A program made the position numbers and the translations under genes. The notes below the pieces were generated by a model that saw only the letters and a program-made list of their open reading frames with translations, was not told where the DNA came from and did no database searches. A stretch of DNA of 64,000 bases from Verrucomicrobiota bacterium (GTDB lineage Bacteria > Verrucomicrobiota > Verrucomicrobiia > Limisphaerales > UBA11358): positions 15,124 through 79,123 of the forward strand of contig JAGWMQ010000002.1 in NCBI GenBank assembly GCA_028873125.1, written 5' to 3'. The first letter of the stretch is position 1, and every line of letters starts with the position of its first letter. This document shows positions 28,856-39,433 of the stretch, in pieces.

Positions 28856-31411
28856 CTACGCCCGCCGTTCTTTGATGGCGGCCAAAATCTCCGCCACCGC
28901 CTCGCCCTTCGGCTTCGCGCCGAGATCGCCCTTGCCGTGGACGCGCACCGAAACGTTCCCGGCTTCCATGTCGCGCGCGCCGATGACGAGCATGGTGTGG
29001 ACTTTTGCCGTCTCGGCATCCTGGATCTTGCCGTTGATTTTGTTGGACGAAAAATCCGCCTCGACGCGGACGAAATTGGCGCGCAGATCGTTCACGACGG
29101 TTCTTGCGTAAGCGACCAGCTTCTCGTCGTCGCCGACGGTCAGCACGCGCACCTGTTCCGGTGCGAGCCAGAGCGGGAAATTGCCGGCGTAATGCTCGAT
29201 GAGGAAGCCGATGAACCGCTCGTGCGTGCCCAGCGGCGCGCGGTGGATGCACAACGGCGTCTTGTCCGTGTTGTCCTTGTCGCGATAGACCAGGCCGAAA
29301 CGCTTGGGCACGGCGAAGTCCACCTGGTTGGTCGCCAGCGTGAATTCGCGGCCGATGACGCTCCAGACCTGCACGTCAATCTTCGGCCCGTAAAACGCCG
29401 CCTCGTTCGGCACCTCCACGTAGGGAATCTTCGAATCAATCAACACCTTGCGGACCAGGTCTTCCGTCTGCTTCCACAACTCCGGCTCGTTGACGAACTT
29501 GGCGTTGTCGCCGGTCAGGCGCGACGGGTCGTGCGTGCTGAAGCGCATGACGTATTTCTCGATGCCGAAAATCTTGAAATACTTGAGATACATCTCGTTC
29601 ACCGCGTTGAACTCGGCGGCAAATTGCTCCGGCGTGCAATAAATGTGCGCATCATTCATATTTAAGGAGCGGACGCGCATAAGGCCGAACAATTCGCCCG
29701 ACTGCTCGTAGCGGTAGCAGGTGCCGTATTCCGCGAGGCGCAGCGGCAAATCGCGGTAACTGCGCGGCTCGGCCGCAAAAATGCGGTGGTGATGCGGGCA
29801 GTTCATGGCTTTGAGGTAATAGCGCTCGACGTTCGCGCTCCCGGCACTGTTCTGCGATGATTGGGGAGCGCGCGCGTCCCGCGTGCCCTCCTCGGCGTCG
29901 CGCCAAGGAGCGTCAGGCGTCCAAAGCCACGGATAACTCTCATCCTGTTTGGCAACACCCGCGTCCCACGGATTTCGGCAAATGTAATGGAACTTTTCTT
30001 CCAAGTCCGCCCCGCCTCGCATAATTCGATCAAACGATTCTTTCTCCCAAACGGGATTGCCTTTCGTCAATTGCGCCTTGTTGATTTCGTGAGCCGTAAA
30101 GGATTTGATGGAATGCAGGAGTTCGGACAACGGCCAGAAAACAGGCTTGCCTTCCTTATCCTGTTCCTTGATTTGCGGTTCGAAAAGCAAGTGAACGTGG
30201 TCCGGCATCACGCAGGCGGCGTAAAGTTCGTAGCGGCGCTGCTCGCGCATGAACAACAAGCTTTTTAACACAATGTCACGGGCTTCCGGTGATAATTGCT
30301 TCCGTTCCTGGGTGCCGAACGTCACCATGTATTTGGCCCACGGACGCTCGAAGTGCGGCAAGCGGCGTTTGGAGTATTTCGCATCTGATTGGGTTTCTGG
30401 GAGCACACGCGTCTCGCCTGTTGCGGCGGGCGCCGCGCCCGGCGCTTCGGTGGCTGTCGCGGCGTGCGAAGAGGTTTCCGGCGCGACGCCGGAAACGGCA
30501 GGCGGGACGCCCGCGCTCCCCTTTTCACCGCGTTCGCGCAATTTCATCGGCGGGAACATACTCTCCGCGTACAGAATCGGCAGATGGCCGCTCGTTAAAT
30601 ACATTTTCTCCCGCGCGATGTGCGGCGTCTTGACGCGCACGTAGCCGGCGGCGAATTCCGTTTCCTTCGCCAGCTTTTCCAGCTCTTCCAGAATCGCCGT
30701 GCCCTTGGGCAGCCACAACGGCAGGCCCGGCCCGACAAATTCCGTGTCAATCGCGAACAGCCCCATCTCCGCGCCGATCTTGCGGTGGTCGCGGCGCTTC
30801 GCTTCTTCGAGCATCTTGAAATACTCATCCAACTGCGTCTTGTTCTTGAACGCCGTGCCGTAGATGCGCTGGAGCTGCGGGTTGCGCTCGTCGCCCTTGT
30901 AGTAGGCGCTGGCCACGCTGGTGAGCTTGAACGCGCCGATGTTGCCGGTGCGCATCACGTGCGGCCCGGCGCACAGGTCCAAGAAATCGCCGTTCTTAAA
31001 ATAGGTGATTGGCTCGCCTTCGGGAATGGCTTCGAGGTTGCCGAGCTTGAACTTGCTGGGATTGCCCGGACGCTCGCCCAAGCCGCCGAGCCGGCCGCTC
31101 TCGGAATCCTTGATGGCCTGCTCACGCGTGACGACGATTTTCTCGAAGGGATGGTTCGCCTTGATTTCCTTTTTCATCTCCGCCTCGATGGCGGGGAAAT
31201 CCTCCGGCGAGATGCGGTGCTTGAGGTCCACGTCGTAATAAAATCCGGTTTCGACCGGCGGCCCGGCGGCGAATTGGGCGTCCGGCCACAGGCGCAGGAT
31301 GGCCGTGGCCATGACGTGGGCGCACGAGTGCCGGATGCGGTCCAACTCGGTCATCTTCGCGCGGTCGTCGAGCGTCTTGCGGTCCTTCAAATTCTCTTGT
31401 TCGGCGGACAC
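28856..31411 (-). CDS. thrS: Threonyl-tRNA synthetase carrying a 226-codon in-frame insertion in the catalytic domain; lacks the N-terminal TGS domain
   Basis: Has the editing-domain motif HSCAHVMA. The catalytic core runs GHLPILYAESMFPPMKL...[insert]...YYLKAMNCPHHHRIF, which includes the zinc-site Cys, and an anticodon-binding C-terminus follows. The ORF is continuous over 851 aa. Confidence 0.9.
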   Translation of the reverse strand: MSAEQENLKDRKTLDDRAKMTELDRIRHSCAHVMATAILRLWPDAQFAAGPPVETGFYYDVDLKHRISPEDFPAIEAEMKKEIKANHPFEKIVVTREQAIKDSESGRLGGLGERPGNPSKFKLGNLEAIPEGEPITYFKNGDFLDLCAGPHVMRTGNIGAFKLTSVASAYYKGDERNPQLQRIYGTAFKNKTQLDEYFKMLEEAKRRDHRKIGAEMGLFAIDTEFVGPGLPLWLPKGTAILEELEKLAKETEFAAGYVRVKTPHIAREKMYLTSGHLPILYAESMFPPMKLRERGEKGSAGVPPAVSGVAPETSSHAATATEAPGAAPAATGETRVLPETQSDAKYSKRRLPHFERPWAKYMVTFGTQERKQLSPEARDIVLKSLLFMREQRRYELYAACVMPDHVHLLFEPQIKEQDKEGKPVFWPLSELLHSIKSFTAHEINKAQLTKGNPVWEKESFDRIMRGGADLEEKFHYICRNPWDAGVAKQDESYPWLWTPDAPWRDAEEGTRDARAPQSSQNSAGSANVERYYLKAMNCPHHHRIFAAEPRSYRDLPLRLAEYGTCYRYEQSGELFGLMRVRSLNMNDAHIYCTPEQFAAEFNAVNEMYLKYFKIFGIEKYVMRFSTHDPSRLTGDNAKFVNEPELWKQTEDLVRKVLIDSKIPYVEVPNEAAFYGPKIDVQVWSVIGREFTLATNQVDFAVPKRFGLVYRDKDNTDKTPLCIHRAPLGTHERFIGFLIEHYAGNFPLWLAPEQVRVLTVGDDEKLVAYARTVVNDLRANFVRVEADFSSNKINGKIQDAETAKVHTMLVIGARDMEAGNVSVRVHGKGDLGAKPKGEAVAEILAAIKERRA
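29825..29906. repeat. REP-like doublet at the 3' (gene-sense) edge of the thrS insert
   Basis: The full unit at 29863-29906 is 36/44 identical to 4127-4170: the first 23 nt have 2 mismatches and the block TCGGCGTCGCGCCAA is identical. A degenerate inverted half-unit lies at 29826-29842. Confidence 0.7.
29826..30520 (-). mobile_element. RAYT-like (IS200/COG1943 HUH-Y1 transposase) domain with REP-like flanks, embedded in frame in thrS
   Basis: The insert translates as KRRLPHFERPWAKYMVTF...ELYAACVMPDHVHLLFEP (HUH motif)...SIKSFTAHEINK...VWEKESFDRIMR...FHYICRNPWDAGVA...YPWLW (Tyr motif). Two hand-counted 60-nt lines inside it are 45-50% GC, against about 67% in a neighbouring thrS line. Confidence 0.75.
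30399..30521. repeat. REP-like inverted doublet at the 5' (gene-sense) edge of the thrS insert
   Basis: 30399-30418 reads GGGAGCACACGCGTCTCGCC. The reverse complement of 30478-30521 reads GGGGAGCGCGGGCGTCCCGCC...CGGCGTCGCGCCGG, and its core is 19/20 identical to 29863-29882. Confidence 0.7.
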
Positions 31412-31572
31412 GACAAAAGCTTAACCACAAACCGGCAGGGAAACCAAGCGGAACAGAAGCCGCCGACATCGCCGTGTGGTTTTCCGAAATCCGGCGTGTC
31501 GGCTATGGGACACCCTGTTACGGCGAAAACGGCGCCCACTTCAAACGGCAAGGCGAAAGCGCTTTTAGAGAT

Positions 31573-32880
31573 TCAAGGCGCCGCCGGCGTGGCCTGGACG
31601 CGCATCTGTTGGGGGCCGTTGCTCAGCGGATAATTCACCCATGAGCCGGCGGAAGTGTCTGCGTAACCCCCCAGCGATCCGAATCCGATCCAGGGCGTGG
31701 AAAGGGTGTAGGCCCAGTTGACCAAGCCGTTGTCGGCGACAGTCGTGGGTGCGGCCACCACATAATAACCCCCGGAGGGGAGCGGAATGGGCGCGGTGGG
31801 GACAAAATCCACATACCCCGTGTTGTTGACCATTTGCGACGCCACCACGGCGATTTTGTTGGTCGGGTTGTTGTCCGCGCCGGCATGCCAGATGCTGACC
31901 GTCACGCTTCCGCTGCCGGAAGTCGGTTCCAACATTAAAGTGACCCGATCCAGCGTATAATTTCCGGTGGGCAGCGCAAACTCCTGGGCGACGAGAAAAT
32001 CGTTGGAAGTGGAATCGTTGCCGATGGGACCATAATAACCGGCGGTCGGCTGCTCCAAGTTGTCCACGGCAAAACGTTGGCGCAGCCGGAAGAACCGCGC
32101 CCGGTCCGGCCAGAAGTTGGTGAGGGTGTAGTTGCCGGCAACCAGGGCCGGGGGGTTGGTCACCGACAGCCAAGCCGGCGTGGCGGGATTGGTCGCGCTG
32201 ACGAGGGCGAAGGTGTTCAACAGCGCCGGCCAGGAAAGCACCGTGGCGCCGTTCCGGGAATGGATGCCCACAGTCGCCACCGGCGTGGCCTGCACGCTCA
32301 TCTGTTGCGGGGTCCCGAAGGCATAACTGGTCCACGAACCGCCGCGGGTGTCGGCATAACCGTCGAGCGCCCCCGAGCCGGTCCAATTCGTGGAGGCAGT
32401 GTAGGCCCAGCTCACCAACCCGCTGTCCGCGGCGGTCTTCGGCGCGGCCACCACATAATAAAGGCCCGGCAACAGCGTGATGTTGGTGGCCGGAATAAAA
32501 TCCGCGTTGCCCGCGTTGGCCACCAGCCGCGTCGCCACCACGGCGATTTCATTGGTCGGATTGATGTCCGGCCCGACGTTCCAGATGCTGACGGTAATGT
32601 TCCCCCCGCCGCTGGTCGGGCTGAGCGACAGGGTGACTTTGTCAAGACGGTAAGGCGTCAGGCCCGAGGGCACCGTAAATTCCTGGGCGACGAGAAAGTC
32701 ATTCGTGTTGGCATCACTGCCGATGGGGCCATAATACCCTTCGGTGGGCTGGGTCAAGTTGTCCACCAGCACATCGGCGCGCACTGCCGCGGCGCCCATT
32801 ATCCCCAGGCAAAAAAGGGTGGTCCTGATGCAAGTGTCCTTCACAGCGGCATCTTTAGCCAGGTTCCGGTGCGGTTTCAA
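31573..32880 (-). CDS. Secreted protein with two tandem copies of an about 180-aa domain (unknown function)
   Basis: The repeats are VDNLTQPTEGYYGPIGSDANTNDFLVAQEF...QQMSVQATP and VDNLEQPTAGYYGPIGNDSTSNDFLVAQEF...QQMRVQATP. A signal-like segment TTLFCLGIMGAAAVRA precedes them. The start (TTG 32880 or GTG 32844) is uncertain. Confidence 0.6.
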   Translation of the reverse strand: MKPHRNLAKDAAVKDTCIRTTLFCLGIMGAAAVRADVLVDNLTQPTEGYYGPIGSDANTNDFLVAQEFTVPSGLTPYRLDKVTLSLSPTSGGGNITVSIWNVGPDINPTNEIAVVATRLVANAGNADFIPATNITLLPGLYYVVAAPKTAADSGLVSWAYTASTNWTGSGALDGYADTRGGSWTSYAFGTPQQMSVQATPVATVGIHSRNGATVLSWPALLNTFALVSATNPATPAWLSVTNPPALVAGNYTLTNFWPDRARFFRLRQRFAVDNLEQPTAGYYGPIGNDSTSNDFLVAQEFALPTGNYTLDRVTLMLEPTSGSGSVTVSIWHAGADNNPTNKIAVVASQMVNNTGYVDFVPTAPIPLPSGGYYVVAAPTTVADNGLVNWAYTLSTPWIGFGSLGGYADTSAGSWVNYPLSNGPQQMRVQATPAAP

Positions 32881-33086
32881 TCCAATTCCCGCCGCGCAGC
32901 CACTCCGGCAACGGGGTGGATGGTGTGGCAAAACGGTCTCCGAAGCGCGCCGCCGCGCATTCAGAGTTTTGGCCGGCGCCGTCGTGGGTGCGGTTTCTTG
33001 GGCTTCGGCGGTTCCAGTTTGCGGCGGGCCGCCGAAAAATTTTCTTCGCTTGTTGACCGCATCGGGTGTAAAAGCGCGGACGACAA

Positions 33087-35917
<2,831 letters not shown>

Positions 35918-35921
<4 letters not shown>

Positions 35922-37069
35922 AATCCGCTAGCCTCGGCCCCATGACCCGCACCGAAAAACTGCTGGCCGAACTCATCGCGCTGCCCAGCGTCAATCCGGC
36001 CTTTCTGCCGCCAAGACACCCCGGTGCGGGGGAACAGTGCGTGGCCGACTTTCTCGCCGCCATCGCCGCGCGAGCCGGGCTGGAAGTCGAATTTCAAAAG
36101 GTTTTGCCCGACCGCGCCAATGTCATCGCGCGCCTGTTGCCGCGAAACCCAATCCGCCAAAGCATTCTGCTCGCGCCGCACCTCGACACCGTCGGCGCCG
36201 AGGATTCGCAATTCATCCCGCGCCGCAAGAACGGGCGGCTGCACGGCCGCGGGGCGTGCGACACCAAAGGCTCCATCGCCGCCATGTTCACCGCGCTTTG
36301 CGAACTGCCGGAATCCAAATCCCGTCCGCAGGAAACGGAGGTTGTGTTCGCCGGATTGGTTGACGAGGAGAACGCGCAGGCCGGTTCGCGCGCGCTGACT
36401 GCGAGCGGATTCAAGGCGGCTCTGGCCTTGGTCGGCGAGCCGACGCGGTTGCAGGTCGTCACCGCGCACAAGGGCAGCTTGTGGCTGGAACTGGAGACGC
36501 GCGGCAAGGCGGCACACGGCGCGGCGCCGCAGCTCGGAAAAAACGCCGTTCTGGAAATGGCGCGCATCGTGGAGGCGCTGGAAATCGGCTACACCGCGCG
36601 GTTGCGGAAGCGCCGCCATCCGCTGCTCGGGGCGGCGACGGTCAACGTGGGGACCATTTCCGGCGGCGCCCAACCCAACATCGTGCCGGACCGCTGCGTC
36701 ATCTCGATTGATCGGCGCACACTGCCGGGCGAAACGGAGGCGGGCGTGAAGCGCGAAATCAAAACGTTTCTCCAATCGAAAAGGCTTTCCGTCCGGGTCG
36801 CCGACAGAAAACTCGCGCCGGCCCTGCCGCTGGAGACCGATCCGGAACTTCCACTGGTCCAAAAATTTCTGCGCGGCGCCGGCCAAAGGCGGCCCGTCGG
36901 CGTGGATTTTTTTTGCGACGCGGCGGTGCTCTCGGCGGGCGGTATCCCCAGCGTGGTGTTCGGCCCCGGCGACATCGCCCAGGCGCACACGGCGGACGAA
37001 TGGATTTCGCTGGCGCAACTGGAGCGCGGGAAAAATTTACTTTTGCATTTTCTGCAGTCGTTGCCGTAA
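35918..37069 (+). CDS. M20-family metallohydrolase (ArgE/DapE-like)
   Basis: Has LIALPSVNP, HLDTVG, GRGACDTKG and VDEE. The start is GTG 35918, which overlaps the topB stop, or ATG 35942. Confidence 0.75.
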
Positions 37070-37182
37070 GGCATCAGCCGTGAATCGTAAATGCCCGCCT
37101 TGCGCGTCGTTTTTCACGCCTTTTGCGGCTGAAATGCCTTTTCTCCGCGGGGCTTCTTTGGCAATCTTCTGCGAAAAGGCTC

Positions 37183-38466
37183 ATGTCCGAGGCGCAAACC
37201 GAATCCATCCCGACGGTTGAACCCAGGTCCCACGCGCTTTTTTTCCGGCAAAGCGGCTGGCTGATGATTGCGAACGTGGGCGGCGGCCTGATGATGCTGG
37301 CGGTGCACCTGTTGAATAAGAAAATTCCACCCGCGCAATACGGCATCTTCGGCGTCCTGCTGGCGGTGGCGATGTTCGTGCCCAACATGCCGTTGCAAAT
37401 GGTCTTCGCGCAGCAGACGGCGCAGGCACTGGCCACCGGCCGGCGGCGGGAGCTGGCGGGCATGATCCGACTGGCGTGGCTGGGGACGTTCGGCCTGTTC
37501 CTGTTGCTGGGGCTGGCCGTGTTCCTCTGGCAAACGGACATTCTGACGGGGTGGCGAATCTCCAATCCGGCCGATCTGTGGATCACCGTGTTCGTGGTGC
37601 TGTTCTCGTTCTGGCTGCCGATGTTTTGGGGAGTGCTGCAAGGGCAGCAAAATTTTTTCTGGCTGGGCTGGTCGAACATTCTCAGCGGCGCCGGGCGCCT
37701 GGGCGGCGCGTGCGTCCTGGTGCTGGCGCTCGGCGCCTATGCCGGGGGGATGATGCTGGGCGTGTGCCTGGGGCTGGCCGTGGGCGCCGGGGTCGCCATC
37801 TGGCAAACCCGGTCGCTGTGGGGACTGCGCGCCGCGCCGTTCGACTGGCGCGGCCTGCTGGGTCAAATCCTTCCGCTGATGCTCGGTTTCGGCGCGGTCC
37901 AGTTTTTTTTCACGGCGGACACCATGTTCGTCAAGGCGTATTTTTCGGGCGATACGGCGGCCTTTTACGTGAGCGCCGGGACCTTGTCGCGCGGGCTGAT
38001 GTGGCTGGTGGTGCCGCTGGCCACGGTGATGTTTCCCAAAATCATCCACAGCGTGGCGCGCTCGGAGCCAAGCCGCCTGCTGGGCGTGGTGCTGCTCGGG
38101 ACGGCGGCGCTGGCGGCGGGCGGCGCGGCGGGACTGACGATTCTGGGACCATGGGTGGTCCGGTTGATCTACTCCAAGGAATACGTCTCCATCGCGGCGG
38201 CGGTGCTGCCATGGTATGCATGGGCGATGGTGCCGCTGTCGCTGGCCTATGCGCTGGTCAACAATCTGCTCGCGCGCTCGCAATTCCGCATCGTGCCGGT
38301 GCTGCTTCTGCTCGCCGCGGCATACGGGGTCGCGCTCACGCAATTTCACGACCGCCTGGTCACGGTGCTCAAGACGCTCGGGGTTTTCAATCTCCTGCTG
38401 CTCGGCGTGTGCGCCTGGTTCACGTGGGCGATGAAACCCGGGGCAAAGACGACGGCGGGAGCATGA
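37183..38466 (+). CDS. Oligosaccharide/polysaccharide flippase family membrane protein (MOP superfamily)
   Basis: Has about 12 predicted TM helices and lies next to a GT2 gene. The start is set at ATG 37183. Confidence 0.6.
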   Translation: MSEAQTESIPTVEPRSHALFFRQSGWLMIANVGGGLMMLAVHLLNKKIPPAQYGIFGVLLAVAMFVPNMPLQMVFAQQTAQALATGRRRELAGMIRLAWLGTFGLFLLLGLAVFLWQTDILTGWRISNPADLWITVFVVLFSFWLPMFWGVLQGQQNFFWLGWSNILSGAGRLGGACVLVLALGAYAGGMMLGVCLGLAVGAGVAIWQTRSLWGLRAAPFDWRGLLGQILPLMLGFGAVQFFFTADTMFVKAYFSGDTAAFYVSAGTLSRGLMWLVVPLATVMFPKIIHSVARSEPSRLLGVVLLGTAALAAGGAAGLTILGPWVVRLIYSKEYVSIAAAVLPWYAWAMVPLSLAYALVNNLLARSQFRIVPVLLLLAAAYGVALTQFHDRLVTVLKTLGVFNLLLLGVCAWFTWAMKPGAKTTAGA

Positions 38467-38495
38467 TCACCGCGTCCCATGCCGGGCGCCGTCTT

Positions 38496-39329
38496 TCATT
38501 TCGCGTTCGCGCCTTTGGGCCCCGGCAGCGGCTGCGGCGCGCGGAGTTTCTTGTAAATCCAACCCTCCAGCGGGCGCAGCGGGCGCAGCCATTTGTAAAA
38601 CGGCGAATACACCAGCCGCAGGCGCACCACCGACAGGAACATGGCCAGCGACGACCGGAACAGCGACGCGGTGACCTTGGAGCCGATCTTGTCGGTCCAT
38701 TCAATCGGCACCTCGACTACCTTGAAGCCGGCGCGTTTCAAGGCCACCAACAGGTTCACGTCGAATGAAAGGTCGGTCAGGCGCAGGGCCGGATGAATGC
38801 GTTCCACGGCCTGGCGGCGCATCAGTTTGCACGGGCATTGCGTGTCCTTGATGTGCATCCAGAACAAGACCTCGACGATGAAATGGAACACGCGGCTGAG
38901 GAATTGCCGCAATCGGGTCTGCTCCTGATGCAACACCGCGCCGGGCAGCCAGCGTGAGCCGATGACGCAATCGGCGTCGCTCATGTTCCGGATCAATTCC
39001 AGGAAAGCGCGCGGCGGCGTGGCGCCGTCGGCGTCCGCGTAGCCGACCAGATCGCCCAACGCCGCCAGCTTCAATCCCTCGATGATGGCGCCGCCCTTGC
39101 CGATGGGCGCCTTGAACTCCAGCGCGCGCACGGCGGGGAACTCCGCCGCGACCTTCTGGACGACGCCGAGCGTGTCGTCGGTGCAGCCGTTGAGCACCAC
39201 GAGGATCTGGAATTTGCCCGAATAATTTTCCCGGAAAAAGGCCGCGTAATCGCGCAGCACCGGTTCGATGCGGCGCTCCTCGTTGTAGGCCGGGATCAGG
39301 AGCAGCAGACTGGGATCGGGCACGCGCAT
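38496..39329 (-). CDS. Family 2 glycosyltransferase (dolichyl-phosphate glucosyltransferase-like)
   Basis: Has LIPAYNEERRI, VVLNGCTDDT and YADADGATPP (DxD-type). Confidence 0.8.
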   Translation of the reverse strand: MRVPDPSLLLLIPAYNEERRIEPVLRDYAAFFRENYSGKFQILVVLNGCTDDTLGVVQKVAAEFPAVRALEFKAPIGKGGAIIEGLKLAALGDLVGYADADGATPPRAFLELIRNMSDADCVIGSRWLPGAVLHQEQTRLRQFLSRVFHFIVEVLFWMHIKDTQCPCKLMRRQAVERIHPALRLTDLSFDVNLLVALKRAGFKVVEVPIEWTDKIGSKVTASLFRSSLAMFLSVVRLRLVYSPFYKWLRPLRPLEGWIYKKLRAPQPLPGPKGANAK

Positions 39330-39350
39330 TAAGTAGCGCGCGACGTTCCC

Positions 39351-39409
39351 GGTTTCAAGTTTGAAGTGCCCGGAAAGGACCGGCAGAAAATTTGAAACTT
39401 GAAATCCGC
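39351..39409. promoter_or_regulatory. Imperfect inverted repeat in the divergent GT2/dprA intergenic region
   Basis: GGTTTCAAGTTTGAAG (39351-39366) faces TTTGAAACTTGAAATCC (39391-39407). The right arm recurs upstream of the pseudouridine synthase gene at 8187-8204. Confidence 0.3.
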
Positions 39410-39433
39410 AGCTTGAAAGTTTTTAATCCGCGC

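Noticed and set aside
29826-30520. The thrS insertion as an intein
   Set aside because: There is no Cys/Ser/Thr at the N-junction, no His-Asn plus nucleophile at the C-junction, and no Hint or homing-endonuclease blocks. The sequence instead matches HUH/Y1 transposase motifs.
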